A stretch of 64,000 nucleotides of DNA from Convolutriloba macropyga. Taxonomy: Eukaryota. Positions 35,311 through 48,700 of this stretch are shown in pieces. A program made the translations under genes and the position numbers. The notes beneath the pieces were generated by a model that saw nothing but the letters and a program-made list of their open reading frames with translations, was not told the origin of the DNA and made no database searches. The stretch's first letter is position 1; each line of letters starts with the position of its first letter. Where the stretch lies: NCBI RefSeq assembly GCF_964194025.1, contig NC_134472.1:73222001-73286000 (forward strand), in the 5' to 3' direction.

Positions 35311-36679
35311 AATAGCTGTGATAGCGATAGCTGATTGGAGCTATAATTGGCGGTCTGTTGATTTTCTTAGTATCCGATGAATTTGGATTGTGTTGGTGCA
35401 CTTTTATTATAGTTGCGAAGCTGAAAGCTGAGCTTCGCTATATTTCAGTGCTCTTGCTTTTTTCGATTCGAAGAGGAGTATTGTTGTTCACAGGTTTTTA
35501 CAACTCGAATAGAATAATTGGCATTCTAGAGGATTTTTTTAGGTGAACCGCGTTTGTGTCATGACTTGAATTTTGACTTCTTTTTGGATTATTTACCTCT
35601 GTTTTTGAATGGTGACTTCTGTTTTCGGATATTGGACTTGAACAGTAGCTTTCTTTCTAATGTATGTTAATTGGGAACAGTGTGTATTATTCAAGGTCAA
35701 AAGGTCATTTTTCAAAAGTTTCCTGCCCAAAATAGTCTTAGCTCCCTATCTAAACTACACCAGCACCAGCCTCTACCCTTCACCAACCTAGCTGACTGTC
35801 ACCCACTCATATATACCTACTCCCCTCTTCCGGCTCCCGCCCGCATCTACCCTCGCAAGCAAACTTAATATTGTGTTGGTATCTTTAAAAACTTCTTTAA
35901 TTTCATTGAGCAAGATATGGAGTTTAGCGGTAGCTCAGGTTCTAGTGTATAGTTGTATAGTAATAAGGAATTGCTGTTAATTTTCAAGGTCGATAAGTCA
36001 ATTTGAGATGATTTTTTTCCTCTTAGCCGCTCCTCCGTATCCAAATTACAAACCCCACCTACCTGCACCCTGCATACCTTACGCATGTACAATATACCTC
36101 ATCTTTGAGTGGTTAAGGTCAGTGGTTGTTATCCGGGAGATCGCGGGATCAAACTTCTCTACTGCCGAATTTTTTGCACTCAAAAAGATTCTTAGCATAA
36201 AGCCCATTGCCTTCAATTGCCCCGCCTGTAGTGACTAGATTTTGATCATGGGTGACAGACGTCAATCTTTAAAATGATTATTTCACTTTAAAATTAACTA
36301 TAATATTGGGTTTGTTCAGGGCAAATTGAACAAACCCAAACTGTTTAGGGCCAAAAGTTGTTGAATTTCCTTGTTGAAATTGTTTCATAGTTTTTAAGAA
36401 GAACCGGTAACCTTTTGAACTCCTTTCTGTATCCGTTTCCATCTGTCCTTTGGTGTGCTCATGCATTTCTTCCATGACGTTCAAAACTGGATGAACTGGT
36501 AAAACGATGTGAGCATTAAGTTGGCATAGTCTCTAAGCTGGCCTTAATAGTTTTTGAAGTTCTCAGCGTACCGAAGTTGCAGGAAATGCCGAAATACACA
36601 GGTTAATAAGACCTTTCCCGCATTTGCGTTTTTTGCGCTCCTGCATGTACATCTTTTTTCCTTCTAGTGTGATCTTTTT

Positions 36680-38863
36680 AATAGCCGCCCTCATCTTCTC
36701 AGCCGGCTATTATAGCGCTCCTATTTTTACTATTCAAAGAATTTGAATTGTATTGGGGCGCTGTCTTTTTTTACGACTCGAAGAGGAGTATTGGAGAAGT
36801 CCTTTTTTTTTAATCAATTTTATTGGACTGATTTTTAAAGCGGGAAATGAAACGCGTGAAAAAATATGGAGTGATTTTGGCGCTGAACAAAAATGAAGAG
36901 CGGAGTGAAAAGAGAGTGGTTTTTGTTCATACCGCTGTTTTTGAGAGAGCGAGAAATTGATGTGTGAAAAAATTTTCTCTAAGCGAGCGAAGTTTTTTTG
37001 TTCACATGCGGCATTTTAAAGCAATTTTTTTTTCATTTATTTTGGTTAAGAGGTTTGGTTATTGTTTTGTTTTGATTTTAGGCTGGTTTTGGTAGTGGTT
37101 TGAAGGTTTCTGGAAATTCATATTAATTTTATGATAATTCGGAGGTTTTTAATGTATTTTGCTGATTTTCGGGCTAATTTTTGCGTTTTTTTGACGATTA
37201 TTTTGTTTTACTGGCTCAAATGGGTATTGAAGAAACCCCTTCTATTTGAGCAATTTTATGATAACAATTGGTTACAGATTTGTGGGTAAGAATCATTTTT
37301 TGTTGAGAAATATGACAAAAAAATGGCGAAAATTGGAACTTTTTTTCTTATTTTTTTTTGCAGTTTTTCGTTTATTTTACTGTTTTTATTTAAGTTTCTT
37401 CGCCTATTATGACTTGCCTATTGTTTTGCGAGCATCTGGATACCCTATTGGCTGAAGGGATTTTTTCTTTGGATTTATATGTTTTTGAAATATTAAAAAA
37501 TTTAGTAACTTTTTCCCGTTTTTCAGTGAAAGTTGTTTTTAAGAGCATTTTTTTCATAATTTTAGCCTAAAGTATTTTTTCAAAATTCACGTAAGTTGTT
37601 TTTGTAAGTACTAGTTGTTTTGATGAAGTTATTTTGGCAGAGATAGTTTTTTCGGGATCTCAATTTATAACAAAATTGGATCAGAATTTTTATCATATTT
37701 TAACAGATTTGATTTTATCGTTTTTACTTTTTGTTTCATGACTTTGTTTCAAGATAATCATAAATCAGTGAAGGCACGTTTTGTTTGATGAGTAGTTGGA
37801 TGGCGTTCAAATGGATTTTCACTTCGAGTCGTTTCCGGAATTCTTCCGGCTATGTTTTTTTTAAGATCTGTTCACACATTTTCATGATTTTTGAAGTCAA
37901 ATTGGAGTGGTGATTCTGGTCACGCCGAAACAGGAAATGGAGCGAAAAAGCGAGTGGTTTTGCGGTGTGAATTTTTTTCGCTCTAATTTTAAAGTAGAGT
38001 GAGAAAACGGTGTTTGAACAAAAATTCGGTTTCTTGGTAGTGGTTTTTTGTTCACTTGCGGCAAATTCACTCTGATTTTTACTGTTTTTTCGATTTTTTG
38101 GATCGGATTTTTTTCTAAATAGTTTTCCCAATCCATTCACAGCTCATTCTGGACCGAGTTTTTTGTTAGAATCAAAATTACATATCTCACTAGTTGTTTT
38201 TTGTTCTCCCTAGCAGCATTTTGACATTGATTTTCTGTTTTTTTTTGTTTTTTTTTCATCTGATTTTTTTTTAGAAATGGTTTTCCCAATTCCCTCATTG
38301 TCCGTTCTAGTTCTAGTTGTTTGTTAAGTAAATGAAAATTCTTTGAATTGTACGTCAGGACTTGTCCTGCTATGTTTTTTACTTCGTCGAACTTTTTTTC
38401 GCTTTACCATTTTGCCGCTTTTTCGACATTTTGCGTGAAATCTTTTTTGACTTCTCTAGGCTAGTTTCTCTCTTCTCTCATTCTGCTAATAGTGATTTTG
38501 AACATCAGTTGCTCAGCAAAGCAATTCAAAATGAACAGAGTCAGTATAAAAAATTGAACTCAGAATTAGAAACGGGATAAGCCCCTAAAGTCCAATTTTA
38601 GATGCCCGCTATTTGAACGTCGTTCCTATACGTCCTATTAGTTACCATCTCTTATGCTTATTGGTATTGATAGTTGTCCCTGTAGCCTCTCTCTAAGAAA
38701 CAGAAGTATGTTCAATTACGAAATGCCATCAAAATAAATCGGACTTAAAAAATGTTTATGTACAAAAATCTTTTTTTGTTTCAATACCTTCTATTCTTTC
38801 AATCCCAACCATGCTTATTGGAATCAACGGCGGCCATTTTCCGGCAATCTGCCGGGTATGTTT
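36680..38863 (+). mobile_element. Three-level HINE nest B(F(C)) in HERC1 intron 3
   Basis: 5' ends B 36680, F 36729, C 36773; 3' ends C 37857, F 38377, B 38863; removing the inserts regenerates the 33440 and 54509 copies. Confidence 0.92.
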
Positions 38864-39883
38864 TAATAAAGCTTGCGCGTGGATTATTTGTTAGACTTTA
38901 GCAGTACAAAATTGGATTTTGGGACTTTCGCTTTAAGAACTTCGCTAAAACAGGGTGCTAAACTTCAAGTTTCTTTGTTTTTAGTTTCGGCATGAAATAA
39001 GTTTAAGTACTAAAACATCAGGAAGCCTCAGTGGATCTTGAGTTTTTATCATAATTCAGGTTTTTCAACTGTTTTTTGTTGTTTTTGCCTGCTTCTGCTG
39101 CGCCTTTTATGTGTCAAGGGAGATTTCTTTTAGTTATTGAGCTTCATGGTATCGCTTTCTTGCGTTTTCAATCGAAAATTGGGTTCTGATATCTGAGCCA
39201 AAAGTACGTATTTCTTTGTTTCATTGGCTCCTAATTTTAATTGACCGGCTGGCCAGGTCAGGGGGTTTCATTGTTTGCTATCCAGTTCTTTGGATTGAAA
39301 TTGAGGACTTGTAATGTTATGATTCGTCTCAAGGTTTTTCACAACGATATGACTTCTTCGTCAGTTCAAATCAGCTTTTGTTTATTCATTTGTAGAAATT
39401 TTTGCTTGGTTTATGTGGAGGAGTTGAGTTCAGTTGAGTATATCTTAAACTAAATGAAGTTTATCCAAGGCCATCTTTACAGTACATAAGTCTAAAGCAA
39501 TGACGGACATGACAATTTGTGTATAAACTTTCCTTTTTGAAAATTCTTAGGTATCATTCTTTTCGTTGTAATTTGAGGCTGCGTCTTTAAAGCTATCGCA
39601 GCTGTTTTTAATTTACGCTCTCCGATTTTACTAATTTTTGTTTGTTCAAGGGACCTTGTAATGGCATTAGCAACGGCGCTACAAAAAGTCAATCCGTATT
39701 GTCCACTCCAAAAAGACCCCGTCTTCATCGATTGCAAATTTATAGTAAAACTTTTAAATGGCGAGAAGCTCATGTGCTAGGGTCTGCTCGTAAGTGTCAC
39801 AAAGTCAATTAAAAAATGGGGAAAAAAATTTAAAAAAATTAAAAAATCGATTAAAAAATTTCAAAGCTGTATTTTACTTTAAG

Positions 39884-40129
39884 GTTGCCTCGGACACCCG
39901 GACGTTCAGCATGACTCAATTGTGAATGAGCCAAAAGTGGTCAAAAAGCTGTGTGGACTCGAGATTAGAAAAATTGTCTGTAGTTTCACAGCCACTCTAG
40001 CTCTAACTGCTGAGTATGAAGTCATGTCTTGTGGAACTGGGGCTGCAACTGGTCATGGAGACCCAGAGAGAGTCTATCCCGTATTTCGCAATATTCAGTC
40101 ATTGGCAGACATCGCTCACATATCTGCAG
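39884..40129 (+). CDS. HERC1: HERC1 exon 4 (RCC1 repeats)
   Basis: AAG acceptor; GCLGHPD...PKVVKKLCGLEIRKIVCS...GTGAATGHG...IAHISA; donor gttggt. Confidence 0.85.
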
Positions 40130-40177
40130 GTTGGTTCAAAAGAGATCAGCATCAGCATCGTTTTATGAGACGTGTTT

Positions 40178-40363
40178 AATTGCTCTCGAAGAAAATAGTT
40201 ATTAAAAGGTGTGTGTCTTTTTTATGCAAAATTTTCGCTTGACATTTTTGATTAATTTCTTAGTCGCACTCGGGCTACACCCGTCACTGAAACAGGCTGC
40301 AATTGATTAGATCTCCGACTAACCGTTCGAGAGTAATTCTTTTGACATCAGTCGGTTATGTTT
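40178..40363 (+). mobile_element. Short HINE family A copy
   Basis: aattgctctcgaa ... ttcgagagtaatt-ttgacatcagtcgg-ttatgttt. Confidence 0.8.
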
Positions 40364-41052
40364 CTAAATTCCAGCGTGATAGCCACCACCGAGAAAACAT
40401 GAGACAAATTAGTATTCTTTGCCTTAATGGGCTCAAGGTGCCTTGTGTGTGCTTTTGACATTCTTTATGCTAATAATCGGGCTACGTTTTGATCTGACAA
40501 CTTTTTTGCGTTCATTCCTCTCGGAAAAACGTATTGGTATTGGAGAAATAAGCAGAAATGGCAAATTTTCAAAGTTTATCACCGATGGTTGATGTATTTC
40601 TAAACATAACACCAAATCCGTTCTTGAGGCTATCACAGTTTTCCAAAGTAATTTGATTCAACAAAAAAATGAAATTTTGTCTTTGTAAAAAAAAACAAAA
40701 ATAGTTTTTCAAATACAATTTTTTCAAAGGTGTTTAGTACAAATCAACACTTCTCCGGCTATGACTATATCGATGTAATCTGACGAGTTCAGTGTTTAAA
40801 TATTTAATATCACTTGAAATGGGTCCAAAAATGCTAAATATTTAATGTTGGAAACTTTGGCTTAAATTTTCTCAGTCTTTCTTAAATGAGAAAAAAAATT
40901 CTCAAAACCAAATAAGCAGTTTAGTAACCTGTGTAGGTTCCACTTAAAACTATTGAGTGTCATTTTCAAAAATACATTATCACCGTTTCCGGGGCGAGAA
41001 AATTAGCAGAAAATGATATTACAGCTTCCGCTAGAAACTTCGCAACTTTTTT

Positions 41053-41497
41053 AATAGCCGCAAAGAGATAGCTGTGGCTATTATTGGCCTTTTATTGGTT
41101 TTTCTTACAATTCAGTGAATTGGAGTTGTATTGGGGTGCTGCCTTTTTCCAAGATCTGTTCAAACATTTTAATGATTTTTGAAGTCAAATTGAAGTGATC
41201 ATTTTGGTTACGCCGAAACAGGAAGTGAGTGACTTTTTCACTCACTTCCTGTTTCGGCGAGTGTTTTTCTTGGCGTGATTTTTTTTCACTCTCATTTTAA
41301 AGTAGAATGAGAAAACAGTGTTAGAACAAAGATTCGTTTTCTCGATTGTGGTTTTTTGTTCGCATGCGGCAATTTGACTTTGAATTTTGGTGTTTTTCTT
41401 TTTGATCGGATTTTCTAAATTGGTTTCCCAATCCATTCATAGTCCTTTTTTTAGTCAATGACAATTCTTTGAATTGTTTCACGACATGTCCTGCTAG
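41053..41497 (+). mobile_element. HINE nest B(F), B truncated
   Basis: B 5' end at 41053, F 5' end at ~41107, F 3' attctttgaattgt...gtcctgcta; parallels 54457-54911. Confidence 0.75.
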
Positions 41498-42744
41498 TCA
41501 TTTATCAAGTTTTAAATTCTGGTTGATTCTTAATGCTGAATTATTTAAATATACCAAAAAACTTCAAAACGTTAAGACCTAGGAACCGTTTAATCGGGCA
41601 GGTTATCAAATGAATGAAATTTGATCAGAAAGATGTTGATTTTTCTTAGCATGTATAGCTTTTAGTTCGTTTTCTAAGGGTTTTGGTAAGTTTTTGAGTA
41701 TGTGATTCACAAGCTCAGAATAGCAAGTTTTTTATTTGTTGTGCATCAGCTGAACTGGAAGGAGCAGCATGGTACCCTTTTTAGATCGCATTCCGGAATT
41801 GTACATTCATATAAATGTGCAACGTCGCCATTTTTGATCTTTTGATGCTATTCTTGCAGTAGTTTTAACTGAGTTGTTTTTATGCACCTAAAATTTTAGA
41901 GCTCGATATAGGATTAAGTATAATGTAGTGTTAGGATTGGTTTTTGTTGTAGACGGAGCTTCTGTTCATCTTAGAAATTTTTCTGGCTCGTGGCTTACGC
42001 TTCTGGTTTTACTCCTATGTATTGAAAGGGGATGCACTAATAAATTTTAGACATCGAGACCATTTGCATCAGTTTTTCAGAATAAGAAGGAACTATTGCT
42101 AATGGATGTTGGTACTTAGGGTTTTAGTCTTCAAATCGAATCACTGAGAGAGGCGGTTCTTAGAATTTACCCCGCGCCTCATTTCGCCCGTAACCCTGCG
42201 CGCTCGACGCTCGCTTGATGGCTCATTCTCCCCGCTCACCCTCCCCTCCCCTCCGGTTTTGTTTTACTTTTGCAATCTCAATGAATGCGAATCTCGTCGA
42301 TTATTGTACAGTCGTTACCCGTGTATTGGACTTATCTGCTGGCTTCTACTGCGAGAAAGAATCGTGTATAAACTGTCTTATTTTTAAAAACTTTTTTTTT
42401 CAGTTTTGATTCGTGCGGCTCTTTGCCATTATAGTTTCAGCCTACTGAGACTTGAACCTAAACCCTTGCCCAATTTCGGTATTTATATTATAATGGAGGA
42501 TGAGGAAAGACGCACTCAAGTTACGCAAAATTATGCAAATATTTAATTTTTTAATTTTGAGTTAATGGAATTCCCAAGTTGTCATTTTTGAATTTTGAGG
42601 GTTTAGGTTGCTCAGGTTAAATATTCTCTTGCCAAAAACTTCACCAATTTTAGCGCATTTTTTTTGGTGATATTTCCTATAAATTTTTAACAAAATTGTG
42701 CATGGCAAATGGGACCGGCTTTATTTGATTACGGGTTGTTTGAG

Positions 42745-45700
42745 GAGCTGAGCATGTTGTGGCTGTGAACAAGACAGGTTTAACATTTGCGTGGGGTTCA
42801 AATCCTCTGGGACAATGCTTGAGCAGCTGGCAGTGTGATACCATTGTGGTTCCGACCATCGTACCCTGTGTCAAATCTCAAACTGTTCGACATGTCAGCG
42901 CTGGAACCTCACATAGCATTGCGTGCTATGAAATCTTAGACGATGACGATGAAGATGTAGTAATCAAACGGATGTTTGAGAACTCCTCAGGAACTGTTTG
43001 TGAGCAAGTGCTAACATTGCAAAAGATTTTAGAACACGTGTTGGCGACCACGCCATCGGTTAGTAATAGCAACCAATTCAATCAGAAATCATTTTCGGTT
43101 TTCACCGACTGTTTCAAGCTAATGTACTACCTGTTTTCCTCAGACAACGCAATACCATTTAAACACCAGCAGAAAGTGGAACTGAGAAATTTGCTGTTTA
43201 AATTTGTAGATATTTTCGAAGAGTCGCGTTCTGATTTCAAAGATTACCTCGATAGATTAGTGCTGTGCAGTTTTGAACAGCTCTTCGCTTCGATTGAGGA
43301 CAAGTTTCAAATCTTATCTAATTGTTTGGACCGAGTTAAGCTGTCACGGAAAAGCAGCTCTGAGGATACGGGAGAGACAGCTATCAAGTTGAAACCGTCG
43401 GAATCCTTAAAATTGACAATGATAGTCGACAGTCTATTTAAAGATCGAATGTACATGCAAGATTATTTCAAAAATTGTCTAGAAGATGCCGTGAAATTGA
43501 CGACGTCGGTCTTGCAGTCAGTTGTTGACGTGAGCAAAGAGGCGGCTGGTTACGGAGGCAGCCATGAAACATTTCAGAAGTTCACTCGGCAGAATTTAGC
43601 AAGGCTCAGTAAGGTGCTCACTATTAATTTACAGGCTGTCTGTAGCATTGGCGATCACGAGAATTTAGCTCTTCTTAACGAACACGTGAACTTCATTTTT
43701 CAGCTGCTGCAAAATTTGCCTTTAGACGCAACCCGTGATAAAGTTCTAGAAAATGTTTTCGAAATCGTGACCGATACATGTCACTGTTGTCTAGTTTTGT
43801 CGACCGAGTTCACAGACGTCGCCACAAATTTGACCAAAGTTTTGAAAGTTTGCTCAGCTTGGATGAATAATTTGTCCTCTTCGGAAAATTTTGAAAGTTC
43901 TTGTCTGTTGAAATTGGTGGAGACATTGCAACTCACTGCCGCTTTTTACCTTGGAGTCGTAACCTGTTGCACGCGCTCAACAGCTCAGAATTCTGCGAGC
44001 ACAACTGAAAAGCTGGGAAGAAAAAGCAAATTTTCATCTGAGTCGAGCTTACAAAACGTATTTAACGCAATTGTACACTCACAGATTTTTGATCTCACAG
44101 AAAAAGAAAACGTCCTGGACGAAGATCATAGAAAGATAAAGTCAGCTCTTGAATACATGAAGTCTTGTTTGAGTGGATTCAAAGCTACCTCAAGTGGCGA
44201 TTCCTCAGAAGTGTTTTTGGACTCATCTGAAAATTCCCAAAACTCGGTTACAATCTCTGCTGAGATGACAAATGCATTCGGAGCGTTTTACGAGCACATG
44301 ATGCAACATGCTATTCAACTTAGTTGGAGGTCGTCGACAATTTTGGAAGACGAGCATCTTAATTTGATGTCTAAAATATACTTGGCGACCTTGGTTCATT
44401 TCAGTCGTTTAGAATCAACTGATAAAGCAAGTCCAGAAGTATTACAATTGGTGTACAAGGAGGTATTCAGTGCTAGAATGAAGTTGTTGCAATTGAACGC
44501 GGTTAACATTATGCCCGACGAAAGCATCGGTAATGATGACAACAATTTGGAGCTTAAGAATGAATCTTTGTCTAATCCTGTCAGAAGCGAAACCTTCAAA
44601 AAGGCAGTCTGTCTCATCACAAATGTCTGTATATCAATGGTTACTTCGCTACGCATGAGATCGGTAGAGAAAAGTGGATCCAAGACTTTTGTCAAGGGCA
44701 TCTGCGGATTGCTGCAAAATATCACAGCAGAAATAGTGGACAATCAAAGTGATATATCAAACAACGTCATTGAAGAAATTGATGCGTTGACTCAGATGCT
44801 GGAAACTGAAAGGACGAAAAGTGAAACAGAACTTAAAAAACTGCGTGAAGCAAAGCTTCGGATTCAGTTTGTCTTAGCAACTTCAAAAGCAGAACAGGCT
44901 AAACGGGAAACGTTGCTTAAAATGAGTTCCTTTTTTGTCCGAGGCATGTGTGTAAACTCTCTTTCCGGCGAATTACCCAATAGTGACGCAGCTATTATGT
45001 CACCCGAAGTGCGGAAGAATATCAGTCGTGAAAAACTTGAAATTGCAGAATCGAGCTTGACTGCTGATCTTACGCAGAAAGAAAAACTGAGCTTTCTGAG
45101 GGTTTTGATTGGCCTGGACTGCTTATCAACCCCTGAAGTTCTAGCAAGCGATAAAGTGTGGACGGCTTTTGTTTGTGAAATGCGAGATAAATTTGACGTG
45201 TCAACAGCGTTCTTTCCGAAAGAGTTTTACGACCCAATTATGGCCTCACCTTTAGCGTTTTCCTGGGCTTTTCGATCTATAGTGTTGAATGCGAAAGCCT
45301 TGAGCGACGTAAAGTTGAAAAAGTTTGTGTGGAAGTCAGTACTGGATAAACTAGAAATGTTTGCAACTCTCAAGATCGAAGGATTCAATCATGACTCAGA
45401 TCCGGATGACGTAATCAATAGATTTTTGGTTACTGAGGCGAAACAAAGCACCTTAGTTAGGTTTAACAACGATGCAATGATGGCGCAAGACCTAACAAGC
45501 ACAATTTATATGGTCTTTCAGCTTATTTCGGTCGATGGATTAGCAGAAGGCGAGATTGCTGAAAAATTGATAAAAGAACTGCTAAGGTTAGTAGATTGCT
45601 CGGCTGATGAAAGTAGGTTGCTGTACACGGTGGAAGTTGCTTTCAAAATTATGGTTCTGACAACTGTTAAAGAGCTCCTGTCACGATTCTCGGCAGAATT

Positions 45701-48700
45701 TTCAGAAGATGTGAAAATTTCAGTCATTTCACGCTTGATGAGCTGCATCAATGCGCAAACATGGATTTGGCCGAAGTTCACGTCACTGAGGAAACTGCTC
45801 AAGAAAAAGTCAGAATGGCTCGATATCCCCGAATGCGGTTTCAAACCAGCACTCCAAACGAACAACAAATGCTCTTTAACTGATGATCGACGCGAAATTA
45901 CACGTACTAACCCGAGTATCGCTTACTACATGGTGAACTGTCCGATGTCTTTCGGATGTTTTTCATGGCAAATTGAAGTGGTGGACGAACGTAACTCTGG
46001 AACCGAGTCGCTGAGTCTTGGAATTGCCCAAAAGCCGAAGTTCAAAATGTCTGCGGAGGAAGGGCAATTGGAAGGGCTCTCCTGGTTGTATAGAAGTTTT
46101 ACTGGAAATTTAGTTCCGTTGAGTGTATCTGCTTCTGGACATTTACAGCCCTATGGAAAAGGAGATATCATAACGCTGGTTTTCCACGTCGATTCTCGAT
46201 CACTGTACATTCGTAAGAACTACGACCCGTTTCAACTTGCATTTGAAGAAGTCAAAACTTCTGTTCCACTTTATCCCGTTGTGGTTTTTCACACCACGCA
46301 CACTTGTCGACAGAAATTGAAGCTGAACCATCTACACTTTTGTCAGATTTGCCCGCTCAGCGAGCCAGTGTTCCAGCAGTGCAAAGCAGGGTTGGCGTCC
46401 GATGCTTGTGCTTCAGTTGAAGCTATCAGAGGTTTGATAACGACACTACATGTTAATTCAGAATGGACAGCATCTATTGAGACGCAGCTTATTCAGCCTT
46501 TTAAATCAATCGATGACAGTAAAGCGATGCCGATTTATAAATTGATTCACAGTCCTCTCTGGAGCAGCTTAGTTGTCCTGGGAGGTATTGACGATTCCTT
46601 CTTCGTTGGTCGATCCTGCTTTGACAAACATAATTTAAGTTCAAGAGACGCGAGCAGTAGGATGCTAGTGTCTGGTGGCTCAAGAAATGCACACAATTTT
46701 GAAGTGTCCGCCAGTTCGATCACAGAAAACAAAGTCACATTGGAACTCAAAACAGTGACCAAATGTACTCTTGACCTTGGCTCTTTAGGGTTCAGCACGG
46801 AATCGGCATCTTTCGTTGTTAGGAAATTAAGCCCGGATATTTTGAGTTTTCTATTAGAGATGTGCGATTTTGAGGGCCATGGAATTTTTAATTATCCGCA
46901 GTGTGATAACTCGAAGATGAAACCCAAAGTGGGTTCTGGTTTGACTCAAGTTCTGGATCCTGAGATTTCTTCGGCGGTGCAAGATGCAATAAACGTAATT
47001 GATGCAGCATCAGGAATTGATAAACCTGAGGACGGCAGTTTTGAAATGAGTGCCGAAGATTCGTTTTCCTTAATTTGCCTCAAAACTGTTGCGATGAAAG
47101 CTCTACATAATAGTCTTATTATGCTTCATAATCACGACTTGCTTACAACAGATTCCGGGTATCGCGAATTTCTGTCCAAAGTGATGAAAAGTTGTCTGAA
47201 CTCTGACTCCATCCCCTCGCCTGCTGCTAAAAACTTTAACTTGCCCACGATAAGCCACGTGTTGTTGAAGAAAACGTTCAAACAATATTTCAATCGTGTT
47301 TTGAATGATAAAAATTTTGGCCCTGTATTGTCTGATTCGTCGATGCGATTTGTACCAGGAATTCAACCAAGTCTACCAGGGTTCGAAAACAGCTCTTTGA
47401 GCAGCTTTTGGAATCCAGTTGGTCCGGACATTAGCGCCAATGGGAATCCGCGCTATGTTCGATTCCCGCCGTTGCCACGAGCACCAACAACGGGTGAACA
47501 GCAACCTAACAACTCGATGATGTCATCGTATATTAACGACACAGATATCATGTATACGTTGACCCAAATGGGTTTCAGTGCCAACAGAATTCGAGCCGCA
47601 ATGCGCTCATTGCCTATCATTGGTTCCCGAGCAATTTCGAGATCTGTAAAACTTAACGCAATTATAACATGGCTTCTCGAAAATCAAGAATCGTCCGAAC
47701 AAGATGCGAGCGAGAGCACGATTTTACCGCAATCGACGTCAAGAGAGGGTGCTAATAACAGCCGTAGAAGCTTAGCTCGAGGACTGCCGAGTTTGGATGA
47801 CCTTTTTGCTGATGGAAGTGAAGACTCAGAATTAGTTCAAGAGTTGTTATCGCCTTGGACTTGGACTGATCCTTGGAGTCTCAATCCGGCAGCTTTGGGA
47901 TTGCCTTCCGCGAGCTCTGATGCTGCAATTAGAGCGAGTAACGACAATCGAATGTCAAATGAATTGAGGCGTCGGAGAGTTCGAATTGTGCACGACGTTG
48001 ATAGAGGACCGCAACCATCATCAACCAATCGCCCGAGTGAAAACTCGACTTTTGAGTCATTAGAGTCAATGCTGGTGCGTACGGCAACTACCCCATTTTC
48101 TGAAATACCACGACCTAGGTTTAGTGGGGAGCCTTCTTTCTTCGACGAAATGATTCAACAAGAATCCGACCAAACTCTGAGGGAAGATGCTAACTTCCTG
48201 GAGCAGTTGCAAAGAAGTCGCATGCAGCAACAGGAAACTGAAGAATCGTCTTCATTCAATCGTCAGTTTGCGTCAACATCACAAGAAGAGACGTCGTCAG
48301 TTGTGGCTTCGGGATCCGTCGCATTCTGTGAGTTCTGCGAGCAAAGAGTGGATAATTTTTTTGAACATGCAGTGTCTTATCACGGTTGTAAAAGTGTTCA
48401 AGAATGCTTACTTTACAGTTCAAATGGCAAATGTACCGGAGGCAGATGTATCGATACGTGCGGACGTTTGCGGCGCTCTAAAATACAAGGGAAGTATTGG
48501 TTCGCGTTTTGCACGAGATGTAAGCTGAACGGTCCTGCTGTAAATAGTTTAACTCCTTTTCCGTTACCAGCACAAAGTCCAGAAAACTCGCCCACCTCAT
48601 CAGCTCCGCCAGAATTTAACAGATGCAACTCAATATCCTCGAAAATAGCTGTTTGCAGACGGGAAATCGGTCTGTCGCCTAAGCGTCGGCACGCGGATCC

